A DNA stretch of 64,000 nt from Longimicrobiales bacterium (GCA_965248195.1 CBDFIQ010000002.1:320001-384000), one strand, 5' to 3'; shown: positions 8,733-19,228, numbered from the stretch's first letter. Program-made: numbers and translations. The notes: generated by a model from the sequence alone, not told the origin.

Positions 8733-10448
8733 ATGACTCGGTTCGCACATCTTTCGGTAGCAGGTCTAGCAGTTCTGGCAGCGATGATCATACTGGTACC
8801 GAGCAACCTGGCGGGCCAATCCTACCGTCCCGTCACCGACGCACGACTCGTGAGTCCCGAACCCGAGAACTGGCTTTCATATCGGGGAAATTACAACGGG
8901 TGGGGATACAGCCCGCTCGATCAAATCGACGCGTCCAACGTGCAGAATCTCACCCCGGTGTGGGCGTTCTCGACCAACACGACGGGCGGCCACGAATCCC
9001 CACCGGTCATCAATGACGGGGTGATGTTCATCACCACTCCGGGCAATCGACTGTATGCCTTGGACGCGCAGAACGGAGACCTGCTGTGGCGCTACCAGCA
9101 TGAGCTTTCTCCGGATCGGATCGCGTTGCACAACACCAACCGGGGCGTGGCCTTGTTCGGGGACAACGTGTACATGGCGACGCTGGACGCACGGGTGGTG
9201 GCGCTCGACGCCCGCTCCGGAGAGGTCGTGTGGGACACGCCGGTGGCAGACAATTCCGCAGGGTACTACATGACCCTGGCGCCCCTGGCCGCCCGGGGGA
9301 AGATCATGGTCGGAGCCTCCGGTGGCGAGCTGGGCATTCGTGGCTTTGTCGTGGCGCTCGATGCGGAGACGGGTGAGGAGGTCTGGAGGACCTATACGGT
9401 GCCTGGGCCGGGTGAGCCGGGAAACGACACGTGGCCGGGTGAGACGTGGCGTACCGGGGGAGCCGCCGTGTGGCTTCCGGGTCACTACGATCCCGACCTG
9501 GGTCTCACCTACTGGGGCACGGGCAACCCCGGCCCCTGGATTGGAGACCAGCGCCCGGGGGACAATCTGTACACCAACTCGGTGATCGCCCTCGCCATCG
9601 ACACCGGCGAGCTGGTGACTCACCACCAGTACCATTGGAACGGGTCCTGGGATTGGGATGAGGTTTCGACGCCGCTTCTCGTCGACGTGGAGCGAGACGG
9701 ACGGACGATTCCCGGACTCGTCCACCCGGGCCGGAATGGGTATCTGTGGATTCTGGAGCGCGACGCGGAGACCATCCGTTTCGTGGACGCACAGCCTTTC
9801 GTGCGCCAGAACGTCTTCACCAGCCTCGACCCGGAGACGGGTCGACCGACGTACAATGAAGATCGGAAGCCGGGTACGGGGAAGCCGGCCGAGTTCTGCC
9901 CGTCGCTGTGGGGAGGCAAGGACTGGCCGCCCGCGGCCTACAATCCCACCACTAGGTTTCTTTATATCCCTGCGAACGAGAACCTCTGCGGAACCTCCGT
10001 CGGAGTGGAAGTCGAATACCAGGCCGGCCGTCGCTTCACCGGGGCGGAAACGACCATGACCCTGGCCCCCGGTGCCGACCACATCGGTGAGCTCCAGGCG
10101 TGGGACCTGGACTCGGGTGAACGGGTGTGGACCAAGGAGTTCGACTCCCAGAACTGGGGCCCCGTGCTCACGACCGGAGGGGGCCTCGTCTTCATGGGTG
10201 GCACGAGCGATCGGTACTTCAGGGCGTTCGACGCCCGAACCGGCGAGGTGCTGTGGCAGCAGCGTACCAACTCCGGGGTCATCGGCGTGCCGTCGACCTA
10301 CGCGGTCGATGGAGTACAATACGTCGCGGTCCAGTCGGGCTGGGGCGTGGACGCTGCCTCGATGGGCCGGCGCATCGATGGGCTGCGGGGGACGAACACG
10401 TTCGTTCCGCAGGGTGGCGTGGTCTGGGTGTTCGCGCTCGAGCGGTGA
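8733..10448 (+). CDS. PQQ-dependent alcohol dehydrogenase family quinoprotein
   Basis: GYSPLDQI, Trp-docking repeats, GASGGELGIRG, WGTGNPGPW, WDWDEV, FCPSLWGGKDW; signal peptide. Confidence 0.9.
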   Translation: MTRFAHLSVAGLAVLAAMIILVPSNLAGQSYRPVTDARLVSPEPENWLSYRGNYNGWGYSPLDQIDASNVQNLTPVWAFSTNTTGGHESPPVINDGVMFITTPGNRLYALDAQNGDLLWRYQHELSPDRIALHNTNRGVALFGDNVYMATLDARVVALDARSGEVVWDTPVADNSAGYYMTLAPLAARGKIMVGASGGELGIRGFVVALDAETGEEVWRTYTVPGPGEPGNDTWPGETWRTGGAAVWLPGHYDPDLGLTYWGTGNPGPWIGDQRPGDNLYTNSVIALAIDTGELVTHHQYHWNGSWDWDEVSTPLLVDVERDGRTIPGLVHPGRNGYLWILERDAETIRFVDAQPFVRQNVFTSLDPETGRPTYNEDRKPGTGKPAEFCPSLWGGKDWPPAAYNPTTRFLYIPANENLCGTSVGVEVEYQAGRRFTGAETTMTLAPGADHIGELQAWDLDSGERVWTKEFDSQNWGPVLTTGGGLVFMGGTSDRYFRAFDARTGEVLWQQRTNSGVIGVPSTYAVDGVQYVAVQSGWGVDAASMGRRIDGLRGTNTFVPQGGVVWVFALER

Positions 10449-10473
10449 GGTGCGGCCGGAGACGCGAACTGGG

Positions 10474-11343
10474 TTATTGCGCCGACGGCCCGTTGGCAGA
10501 GTTGGCCGACAGCGTGCCCGCGACGAACGCGTTGGTCGCTTGAAGCGTGGCCAGGATCGAAGCCCTTTCGACTCCGTCGTTGGCAGAGGCGGCACCCGTC
10601 AAGGGGATCCGGCGGCCTCGCACCACCGCCTCCACCAGCACGACGACGACATCATGCTGCGGATTACGGAGGCGGCGCGCGGCCATGAATCTGAGCACGA
10701 CGCTCAGCCCGTCGTCACGCCCGGCTCTAAGAAATTCCTGGATCACGTCGAGAGCGGCGCTCGCCGGCACCTCCAAGGAATCCTCCTCCGTTCCGGCCGC
10801 TTCGCGTTGGGCACCGATGGAGCGGTCGTTGTCGGCTATTCGTACCGAGATCCCGAACCCTCCCCGGGGGTGCTTTTCCAGTTGGAGGTCCTGGAGTTCG
10901 AGGCGCCGGTAGTCGATCTCCGATCCACCCGTCGGCTCACCACGCGTCCCTGCAAGACTGAACTCCAATAGTCCGGTGTCCGGAACCGAGGGCTCGGGAT
11001 CGGGCAGGTCGGTCGTCGGCTCTTCGGGTGCGGCGGGGGAGGGCGGCGAATCGGCCTTCTCTGACCCCAAGAGAGCCTTCAATTCCTCCCGGGACAGACG
11101 GCTCTGCACGACGGTTATCTGGTTCGACGGCACCTCGATGCCGAGTCCCCAGGTGAGCGCTGACATCACGGCTCGAGAGACCTCAGACACCGGCATCTCG
11201 GAGGTCGCAATGATGTGTACCTGGGCTCCCTTCTCCTCGTCCAGGATGACTCGCGCCGACACGACCGCCGTCAGTGAGCTCAAGAGCACTTCGACGCGTT
11301 GGACGAGCCCCCCCTCAAGATCCTGGCTGTCGCTCGGCGTCAT
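10474..11343 (-). CDS. Conserved hypothetical protein, two domains joined by a Pro-rich linker
   Basis: ATG 11343 overlaps the upstream stop (ATGA); C-terminus ASILATLQATN is similar to the upstream gene product. Confidence 0.65.
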   Translation of the reverse strand: MTPSDSQDLEGGLVQRVEVLLSSLTAVVSARVILDEEKGAQVHIIATSEMPVSEVSRAVMSALTWGLGIEVPSNQITVVQSRLSREELKALLGSEKADSPPSPAAPEEPTTDLPDPEPSVPDTGLLEFSLAGTRGEPTGGSEIDYRRLELQDLQLEKHPRGGFGISVRIADNDRSIGAQREAAGTEEDSLEVPASAALDVIQEFLRAGRDDGLSVVLRFMAARRLRNPQHDVVVVLVEAVVRGRRIPLTGAASANDGVERASILATLQATNAFVAGTLSANSANGPSAQ

Positions 11344-11888
11344 TGTGGCCGCTCCCGCTCCTCCATACCGCGGGAGCGATCTCCCCAAGTCAGCCAATGG
11401 CTCACGATGCGGGTCGCGGCTTGGAGTGTCGCGAGAATGATCGCCAGGTCCGACATACCGACGAGTGGACACGACGCGACCAAGGGCGTCGCTTTGTCAT
11501 TCTCTGATGCCGTTACCATCACCACCGCCACGGGAAAATCGCCCACAGATACCTCGACCACGCTATCGAGAACGAGGGTGGGTTCGGAAACGCCCAGGTA
11601 GAAAATCTGTAGGCAGGCGTCGAGGGCTCTCAGGGTGGCGAGCGCGGGGACTCGGAGCCGAGCAGGGGCGTCTACAGGTCCGGAGGCCGCGCCACTGAAG
11701 GTGCGGCCCTCGCAAGTGACCTGAGCTTCCACCTGAACCAAGCCAGGCTGGACTTCCCGTACGCGATGGCCGACCAATCGGACGGACCCGTCGTAGGGCA
11801 CCGGAACCTTCCCCGCGGGGCTCCGCAGCTCTCCCGGGGGTGCGCTTGTTTCTCCAGAAACAAGACCACGGTCGTCAGAATCTAGCAT
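11340..11888 (-). CDS. Hypothetical protein, paralogous to the C-terminal domain of the downstream gene product
   Basis: Motifs VPALATLRAL and AIILATLQAA; start uncertain (11888 or 11921). Confidence 0.6.
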   Translation of the reverse strand: MLDSDDRGLVSGETSAPPGELRSPAGKVPVPYDGSVRLVGHRVREVQPGLVQVEAQVTCEGRTFSGAASGPVDAPARLRVPALATLRALDACLQIFYLGVSEPTLVLDSVVEVSVGDFPVAVVMVTASENDKATPLVASCPLVGMSDLAIILATLQAATRIVSHWLTWGDRSRGMEERERPQ

Positions 11889-12084
11889 GAGCCTACCGGC
11901 CCCATCGGTACGTGAGTCCACACATTCGGCTTCTCACTGCCATCTCAAACGTTATTTAAGCAGGGGAAGTGTTCTGAAACAAATGTTGTGGGGCGCACGG
12001 CTTTTGGAAACCATCTTCTGAGTCCCGCGAGGCCGACTACGGCGGCGTCAGCGCGGGCGTCTCTCCACCAGGGAGGTGGGAAGC

Positions 12085-13383
12085 CTACCGCTCTCCGATA
12101 ATCGCGTCGTACACACCCGTTTTGAAATCCTCCCGAAAACCCTCGCCTCTCGCAGGGGAAAGCTGCGCCATCACGATCGTCACCATGTCCTCGACCGGGT
12201 CGATCCAAAAGCGCGTTCCAGCGGATCCGTCCCACCAGAATTCTCCGTCGTTCATCGGATAGGAGAACTCACGGGCGTCGATCACGATGCTGAAACCCAG
12301 CCCCCACCCGCGTCCGAGGGACCGAGGATTGAGCGGGAGGAGCGCGTCAGGCACGCGATTGACGGTCATCATCGCGACCGTTCCGGGCCGTAGGAGCCGC
12401 CGCCCGTCCAGCTCCCCTCCGTTGAGGAACATCTGAGAGAAGCGCAGAAAGTCCATCGTGGAGGCCACCAGACCGACGCCACCCTCGATCAGAAGGGGCT
12501 GTTCGGTAAATGGCACGTCCTCGATCTGATGCGGCCGGAGCTCGCCCTCGGGCGACGGGCGATAGACCGTGGCCAGGCGATCGGCCCGTTCCGGTTCGAC
12601 CCAGAACCCCGTGTCCGTCATGCCAAGCGGCTCGAACACGCGCCGTTGCAGGAAGTCCTCCAACGGCATACCCGACCAGACCTCGATGAGCCGTCCGAGA
12701 ATCGTGGTCGAGATGCCATACCGCCAGTTGGTTCCCGGATCCTCGAACAGCGGTGTGCGGGCCGCGTTGTCGACCATCTCTCGGAGCGAAATAGAGCGTG
12801 AGCGTACGCCCTCGGCCCGGTATATCGAAGAACTGCGGCTACCCATGCCGGACGTATGCAAGAAGAGGTGCTCGACCGTGATGTCACCGCGGCGCGACTG
12901 CGTCCGGTCCATGCTCGGCGAGCTTGCTTCTGCAAAGACCCTCTGATCCCCGAACTGGGGCAGGTACCGCGAGACGGGATCGTCGAGTTGGAACGCTCCC
13001 TCCTCCCACAGAATCATGGCGGCCAGGCTGGTAATGGACCGGGTCATCGAATAGAGACGGAAGATGGCGTCCTCCGGCATCGGGCGAGCGGCTTCGATGT
13101 TCGCCTGTCCCAGCGCCTCCATGTAGACCAGTCTACCGTGCCGCACAACGGCCCCGACGACGCCGGCGATATGTCCGGCGTCGATGTGGGCCTGAAGCGC
13201 GTCGGTCACTCGGCCGAGCCGTGCGCTCGAGAGCCCGACGGACTCGGGTGTTGCGGTCGGAAGGCCCTGCCCCTGTGCCGCCGCCGGGCCACCTACGGCC
13301 AGGACGCCCAGCGCGAGGGGTGCAAGTAGGGTGCAGCAGCGGCGGCCGATCAGGACATGCAGGCCGGGCGTCGGGTTCTTCAT
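12085..13383 (-). CDS. Serine hydrolase, class C beta-lactamase/esterase family
   Basis: IFRLYSMTRS, LFLHTSG, WRYGIS, VFEPLGMTDT, WDGSAGTRFWIDP; start approximate. Confidence 0.85.
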   Translation of the reverse strand: MKNPTPGLHVLIGRRCCTLLAPLALGVLAVGGPAAAQGQGLPTATPESVGLSSARLGRVTDALQAHIDAGHIAGVVGAVVRHGRLVYMEALGQANIEAARPMPEDAIFRLYSMTRSITSLAAMILWEEGAFQLDDPVSRYLPQFGDQRVFAEASSPSMDRTQSRRGDITVEHLFLHTSGMGSRSSSIYRAEGVRSRSISLREMVDNAARTPLFEDPGTNWRYGISTTILGRLIEVWSGMPLEDFLQRRVFEPLGMTDTGFWVEPERADRLATVYRPSPEGELRPHQIEDVPFTEQPLLIEGGVGLVASTMDFLRFSQMFLNGGELDGRRLLRPGTVAMMTVNRVPDALLPLNPRSLGRGWGLGFSIVIDAREFSYPMNDGEFWWDGSAGTRFWIDPVEDMVTIVMAQLSPARGEGFREDFKTGVYDAIIGER

Positions 13384-13616
13384 CACAGGGATATGGTGGT
13401 GTGGGTGGGCATACCGCAACTGCGGGGCTTACGTGGATCCCGGGGTCATGCGGCCTCGAGGTTGCTAGGACGCCGCAGATGGTCGACTCGACGAATATTC
13501 CCCAAAAACAATTTCCTTGCGATTTTTTCGACCTCATCACAGCGTTGAATAAGAAGTTTTCCCCGGAGCCCGCCTCCCTCCTGTGGTTTTTCGTGAAGGC
13601 CCCCCAAGGAGGGAGC

Positions 13617-15068
13617 ATGCCAGAACGTTACTTTGCCAGGTTCCTCGTCGCCTCGCTCTTGCTCCCAGTCGTCGCCTGTTGGGAGCCCATTACCGCCCCG
13701 ACCGACGTCACGGCGCCGACCCTCGTCGAGGAGCCTTGCGTCGCACCTGGTACCGGCCTGATCTCGTGGTGGGCGGGCGACGGCACGTTCGAGGACATTG
13801 CGGGGCCCCTCAATGCCGCCAACGACATCGGCTTCAACTCCGCGAACGGGTTGCGAACCGCCCAACTCGACAACGGCGACGTAACGTTCGAAAGCGGTCT
13901 GGTGGGTCAGGCATTCAGCTTCACACCAATCACGGGGGCCTGGGAGGCTGAGTTCATCGAAATACCGGACGCCGTCGATCTCCAGGCTCCGGAGTTTACG
14001 ATCGACCTGTGGGCCAGGCGCACCGGGGACGGCCAGAACGCCGACGACAAAGACGCTTACGGAAATGTGCTCATCCAGAAAGCCATCAACGATCGCATCA
14101 ACGAGGGAATTTCCTACTCCATCTGGTGGAACGGGGCGGGCATTATCAAAGCTGGAGTCAACCTCGGTGGTGTCCTGTCCCGTCTGGAGAACGGAGTGGC
14201 CTCTGTTGCAGACGAGTGGGTGCACATAGCCCTCACGCTCGACGGCTCGACGCTGAGACTCTACGTCGATGGAGCCGAGGTGGATCAGGATCTCGACGCG
14301 AGCGGCGCACTAGAGTACGGCGAGGGTTCGGTCGTCATCGGTGGTACTGCTGAGTTCGCTCGTTCCGCCGGATTCCCGCGGGGCTTTCACGGATTGATCG
14401 ACGAAGTGGACCTCTTCGGCCGTGCCCTCTCCGCCGACGAAGTTAGAGATATCTACGATTCGGGCGCCCATGGTAAGTGCAAGGCCGGCGAGCCGAACCG
14501 CGAGCCGGCGAATGCGGCCCCGAGCGTGGGGCAGATCGAAGGTGGCTCGATCGACGAGGGCGAAACTTTCGAGCGCGCCGTCTCCTTTACCGACGACGAC
14601 TCAGAATCGTGGTCGGCTACCGTGGATTACGGTGACGACGACGGTGACGATTTCACCGAGGTCGGCACGAGCTTTGATTTTTCACATAGTTATGCTCAAA
14701 ACGGCGAGTACTCGCTCACGGTGACCGTGACGGACGATGCCGGCGCGACGAGTTCCTCCTCCGCTACATTCGTCGTGAATAACGTGGCCCCGTCGGTGGA
14801 CGCGGGTCCGGGCGGCGTCTTCGACGGAGGGGTCTTCGAGTACTCCGGATCCTTTGCCGATCCTGGAGCGGACGAGTGGACCGCAACGGTGGACTGGGGT
14901 GACGGCAGTCCAGTCGAGCCGTTGACGCTCGACGGCATGACCTTCGATCTGTCACACACGTTCGCAGGCGGCGGGCTCTACACCCTGAAGGTCACCGTGA
15001 CGGACAGCGATGGCGGATCGGGCGTCGGCACCGCCGAGGTACGATGCGATGGTAGCTGTGATGGGTGA
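13617..15068 (+). CDS. Surface lipoprotein with a LamG-like domain and two PKD domains
   Basis: GGAG plus ATG 13617, lipobox VVAC, WVHIALTLDG...LYVDG...FHGLIDEV, VDYGD/VDWGDG...H.Y/F...Y.L.VTVTD. Confidence 0.8.
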   Translation: MPERYFARFLVASLLLPVVACWEPITAPTDVTAPTLVEEPCVAPGTGLISWWAGDGTFEDIAGPLNAANDIGFNSANGLRTAQLDNGDVTFESGLVGQAFSFTPITGAWEAEFIEIPDAVDLQAPEFTIDLWARRTGDGQNADDKDAYGNVLIQKAINDRINEGISYSIWWNGAGIIKAGVNLGGVLSRLENGVASVADEWVHIALTLDGSTLRLYVDGAEVDQDLDASGALEYGEGSVVIGGTAEFARSAGFPRGFHGLIDEVDLFGRALSADEVRDIYDSGAHGKCKAGEPNREPANAAPSVGQIEGGSIDEGETFERAVSFTDDDSESWSATVDYGDDDGDDFTEVGTSFDFSHSYAQNGEYSLTVTVTDDAGATSSSSATFVVNNVAPSVDAGPGGVFDGGVFEYSGSFADPGADEWTATVDWGDGSPVEPLTLDGMTFDLSHTFAGGGLYTLKVTVTDSDGGSGVGTAEVRCDGSCDG

Positions 15069-15139
15069 TACTCCGCCGCTCTTTCAGTTGCCGCCTACCC
15101 ACAGGAGACAGAACGCCTGAGGGGCGGGAATCGTGACAC

Positions 15140-16141
15140 TCATGCGTCCCCCTGGGTGGAGAGTCGGCCCCTGAGGTGCCGGTGAAGCCCGCTCGCGCCC
15201 CGATGCCCGACGTTCTTCGCCGCGATTCGGTTCGCCTGGATCATCGCCGGCTGGAGTTGGTCCCCCCCCAGGAGTTGGGCGAGGAAAGTGGCTCCCCAGA
15301 CGTCCCCACAGCCCGTGGGATCCCCCACCACTTCAGGGCCGTCGGCGGGTGCCATCCCACTGAGGGTGGGGCCGGGGGTCGCCATTCGATGTCGGGTGTC
15401 GGGCCATAACAAGGGATCGCTCTTGAACGCGGCGCCCGCGATGTAACCGGCCCCATCAGGGCCGAGAGTGACGGCGATCAACTTCAGCTCGGGACCCACG
15501 ATCTTGGCCGCCAGCTCCCACGGATCCCCGATCGCCTGACCGAGCAGCGCGAACTCCTCGGCGTTCATCTGCACAGCGTCGAAGCAGCGAAGCCACGCTC
15601 CCCACGACGGCAACTCCTGGGGGATGCGAAGGCCGCCGCGGCCGACGCCTAGAAAGAGCGAATGTAAATCGGCGTAGGTAGGCCCAGTGAAAACACTTCG
15701 GAGAGACCGAGCCGTGTCCAGCTCCATCTCGAAGCCGGAGACGAAGTTCACGTAGAGGGCGTCGCACGTCCCCGCCAACGGCCCGAGCTCTGCCCACAAC
15801 CAGGGAGGCACGCCACCAGTCAGGCTCTCGGTACGCCGCTCCGGCCCCGTGTAGACGAGTTCCACCCTGTTGTTCGGCTGTGGGACGACGCGGATCCCCG
15901 TTTCTACGTCGCACCTCGGAAAGGATCGTAGAAATCTCCAGGCCGACTCGGACAGGTCGGACCCCACCTTGACGATCGGCACGATCTCCCAATCGTCCGG
16001 AAGAGCCGCCTCGAAAGCCGACAAGGCATACGCCACCCCACCCCACTCTTCCACCTGCTCGAGCCGCCCATCCCGATGTTTGATCGTGTCCCAGACGAGG
16101 GTTCCGACCACTCCGAGGCGCTTTGGAGTCCCGTCATGCAT
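15140..16141 (-). CDS. PfkB-family carbohydrate kinase
   Basis: WGGVAY, QMNAEE, VTLGPDG, DPTGCGDVWGA signature. Confidence 0.85.
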   Translation of the reverse strand: MHDGTPKRLGVVGTLVWDTIKHRDGRLEQVEEWGGVAYALSAFEAALPDDWEIVPIVKVGSDLSESAWRFLRSFPRCDVETGIRVVPQPNNRVELVYTGPERRTESLTGGVPPWLWAELGPLAGTCDALYVNFVSGFEMELDTARSLRSVFTGPTYADLHSLFLGVGRGGLRIPQELPSWGAWLRCFDAVQMNAEEFALLGQAIGDPWELAAKIVGPELKLIAVTLGPDGAGYIAGAAFKSDPLLWPDTRHRMATPGPTLSGMAPADGPEVVGDPTGCGDVWGATFLAQLLGGDQLQPAMIQANRIAAKNVGHRGASGLHRHLRGRLSTQGDA

Positions 16142-16449
16142 TGTAAGTTGACCCCCGAAAGACAAGTGGCGTCGACCCCGCAGGTGGCAGCCGCTTGTCA
16201 TATGCAACGGTTACCAAACGCCGAAACTTAGCGAGCCTTGAACCCTCCGCCGTAAACACGGCGCTGCAAAGCCCCCTGACCAGGCCCCCAGCGACCAGGC
16301 CACTAGCCTGTTCGCCGGTCATCCTCGAAATCCGCATACGTCGGTTTCCGAAATTACAGATGCACGTATTGCCCGCGGCGGTGCTCCCGGAATAGGTTGC
16401 TCCTTCCCGAGCTTCAAGAGAAGGCCTACCTCCCGCCAGGAGTAGTACA

Positions 16450-16968
16450 ATGATCCCGCCCACCATGGCCTTTCTAGGCCACGTAATAGCGCGTCACGTG
16501 CAAGCGGCGACGAGCGCGCGTTTCAAAGACTTTGCCGCCGGTGCGCTGGTGCTTGCGCTCGTCGCGTGTACCGATGCGCCCGACAGCGGAGCAGGGGGCG
16601 CACCCTCCGAGGGGCCGGCTGCTGCTTCTGCTTCGGTGCGGATCGTCCAGCCGGCCGACGGCGCGACGGTGCAGGGTGGCTCGGTGTTGGTAAGGCTGGA
16701 GGTCTCGGGCTTGACCATCGCGCCTGCGGGTACGATGGAGCCGGGTACGGGGCACCATCACCTGATGGTGGACGCTGGGCTTCCGACCGCCGGCTTGCCG
16801 ATCCCGACGACCCCGGGCGTTCACATCCATATGGGTCAGGCGCAGACCGAATACGAACTCACCGGCCTCGAGGCTGGTGAGCACATGGTGATCGCCGTGG
16901 TGGGTGACGGCTCGCACATCCCCCTGACTCCCGGGGTGGTCGACACCGTGCGCTTCGTCGTCAATTAG
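16450..16968 (+). CDS. DUF4399-like lipoprotein
   Basis: Lipobox LVAC; GTGHHHLMVD, HIHMGQAQTE, GDGSH; start uncertain. Confidence 0.75.
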   Translation: MIPPTMAFLGHVIARHVQAATSARFKDFAAGALVLALVACTDAPDSGAGGAPSEGPAAASASVRIVQPADGATVQGGSVLVRLEVSGLTIAPAGTMEPGTGHHHLMVDAGLPTAGLPIPTTPGVHIHMGQAQTEYELTGLEAGEHMVIAVVGDGSHIPLTPGVVDTVRFVVN

Positions 16969-16979
16969 CCAAGGCGATG

Positions 16980-17013
16980 AAAAAAACGCGGAGGGGGCGT
17001 CGCCCCCTCCGCG
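16980..17013 (-). terminator. Intrinsic terminator between convergent genes
   Basis: 12-bp perfect stem cgcggagggggc/gccccctccgcg with 3-nt loop, followed by a T-run on the minus strand. Confidence 0.85.
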
Positions 17014-17060
17014 ATCATCCTGCTTGGTGTACGCTTAGCGCTTTAATGGGGCGAAAACCT

Positions 17061-17492
17061 CTAGCGGGTAAGGACGACCACCATCGTAGCGTCCACTTCG
17101 ACACCCTCGGTAAAGTCGAACACATCTTCTAACGTCAGCGTCAAAGTGTCGCCGACCCTAGCGATCGTAATCGTTTCCGTGTCGCCCTCGCCCGATTCGG
17201 TGATCGTCATGGTGTTGCCGAATACAGTGTAGGTTCCCGTCTCGTTCTCACTCGCCTCCCCGGGGAAGCCGAAGGCCCACGAAAACGTGCCGTCCGCGCC
17301 CAACGTGAGGGACATTGTGGTCCCCTCGTCCCTGACGTCCACTGTCAGCGTGGGGTCTGCTACGCTGGTAAAGACGATCGACGCGGCCGTCCATGTGCCC
17401 GCCAGGTCGTCTAGCTCAACGCCCGTCGCCTCAGTGCAGGCGGTCATCAAGATCAGAGCCAGCGCGGAAATAGTCAGATTTCTGATGTTCAT
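17061..17492 (-). CDS. Lipocalin-like lipoprotein
   Basis: Lipobox LMTAC, LAGTW motif, LGADGTF...GTYTV.GNTMT. Confidence 0.7.
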   Translation of the reverse strand: MNIRNLTISALALILMTACTEATGVELDDLAGTWTAASIVFTSVADPTLTVDVRDEGTTMSLTLGADGTFSWAFGFPGEASENETGTYTVFGNTMTITESGEGDTETITIARVGDTLTLTLEDVFDFTEGVEVDATMVVVLTR

Positions 17493-17805
17493 TTGTCTTC
17501 TTCCCTTTCGATTCAATGAGAACTTTTTTACCGATATGTCACTTCGTATCGATTGCGGTGAGTCCCGACGTATCACAGACCATCTGCGCACCTGAGGCGG
17601 TCCAGGCGCCTCATCAACGCTTCACACGGCAGGAAATTCACCGATATTCGGCTCATCGCATCGGAATACGGAGCCACGCGGGCGCGGCAGAAACTCTTCC
17701 CGCCGGCAAACGCCCGCTGAGTTTGTCGCAAGCACGGTGCCACGATATAACTAGCTGGCTCCGCGCAACCCCTCAGGAGACGGGCGAGATCGAGATGGGA
17801 TCACG

Positions 17806-19062
17806 ATGGCTGAACGTCGCGTCGTAGTCGTGGGTGGCGGCGTGATCGGGGTGTGCTGCGCGTACTTCCTGGCCAAGGGGGGCGCCGGCGTAATCTTGGT
17901 CGAGCGGGACGAGATCGGTGGTGGCGCGTCGTTCGGCAACGCCGGAACGATCGCGGCCGGGCATCCACCCCTCAACAAGCCGGGCAGAATCCGGCGCTCC
18001 CTGCTGGAGCTTCTCAACCCGAAGAGCCCGCTCTACATCCCGGTGCGCTGGGATCCCGGCCTATTCCGGTGGCTGTGGACGTTCCGGACGTTCTGCACCG
18101 ACCGCCACCTTTCGGTGAGCATGGGGGCGTTGGCGCCGCTCGGGCATGCCTCACTCGACCTGTTCGACGTCCTGGTCGAATCCGAGAATCTGGATTGTAA
18201 CTACGAACGTAATGGCTACTACGAGATCTGCCGCACGAAGAAGGGACTCGCCGAAGCGAGGCATGATGCGGCTATGATGCGGCAGTACGGTTATCACCCC
18301 CACGAAATTGGCGGAGACGAATTGAGGGAGATCGAGCCCGCCATCCTCGAGGGCGTCGCGGGGGGTGTTCATTTTCCGGAGGCGGCCACATGCGACCCCC
18401 ACCGCTTCGTCCTCGAGCTGGCGGACCGATCGGTACGCCATGGAGCACGGATCGAGACCGGGCGGGGCGTCTCGGAGATCCTGAGTACCGGGAGCGCGGT
18501 GAATGGTGTACGCCTCGAGGACGGCGAGATCCTGGCCGCGAGTGCGGTGGTTCTCGCGACGGGATCCTACAGCGGGGACCTGACGTGGCGGTTCGGACTC
18601 CAGATTCCGGTTCGCGCGGGGAAGGGCTACCACCGTGATCTGGAGCTCGGGGATCCTGGCGCACGCCTAGTGGGTATCGCGTGTGTTCTTGCCGAGACGT
18701 CCGTGTTTTGCACGCCGATGGTGGGGTTTACACGGTTGGCCGGCACCCTCGAGTTCTCGGGGGTCAACCACGAGATGCGACCGCGGCGGCTGGAACAACT
18801 GACCACCGCCGCCGAGGAGTACCTGGATGGTGTCCGGGGCGCTTTGATCCGCTCGGAGTGGTGCGGGCTCAGGCCCTGCACTCCGGACGGGATTCCATAC
18901 GTGGGTCCGGTTCCGGGGCAATCCGGGCTCTTTGTGGCGACAGGGCACGCGATGCTGGGGCTCACACTCGGTCCGGTGACCGGTAAATTGATCGGGGAGC
19001 ATGTGTTGGAGGGAGGCACGTCACTCCCGGCTGGCGCCCTCGGACTCGAAAGGCTGAGGTGA
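17806..19062 (+). CDS. FAD-dependent D-amino-acid dehydrogenase (DadA-like)
   Basis: VVVGGGVIG, GASFGNAG, AGKGY, WCGLRPCTPDG, ATGHAMLGLTLGPVTG. Confidence 0.85.
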   Translation: MAERRVVVVGGGVIGVCCAYFLAKGGAGVILVERDEIGGGASFGNAGTIAAGHPPLNKPGRIRRSLLELLNPKSPLYIPVRWDPGLFRWLWTFRTFCTDRHLSVSMGALAPLGHASLDLFDVLVESENLDCNYERNGYYEICRTKKGLAEARHDAAMMRQYGYHPHEIGGDELREIEPAILEGVAGGVHFPEAATCDPHRFVLELADRSVRHGARIETGRGVSEILSTGSAVNGVRLEDGEILAASAVVLATGSYSGDLTWRFGLQIPVRAGKGYHRDLELGDPGARLVGIACVLAETSVFCTPMVGFTRLAGTLEFSGVNHEMRPRRLEQLTTAAEEYLDGVRGALIRSEWCGLRPCTPDGIPYVGPVPGQSGLFVATGHAMLGLTLGPVTGKLIGEHVLEGGTSLPAGALGLERLR

Positions 19063-19228
19063 GCGGCACCGCTGATTATTGCGGCTCGGTTGCTCTCGTT
19101 CCGCGGGATCGGGGGGCCGCCAGCCAGAGCCGGTCAGAGGACCGTGGGATGATCGGCTTGGGATTTGGAAAGGGCGGCTTTATCGTTTTGAGGGCAGTAC
19201 CCCCTTACGCAGGAGAAGTGATCCGCAG

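Noticed and set aside
13221..13616. Long N-terminal extensions in the ORF track (also xsc, ku, the RND adaptor, the porin, DUF4212 and the SahR-like gene)
   Set aside because: They overlap neighbouring genes; downstream starts with ribosome-binding sites or signal peptides fit better
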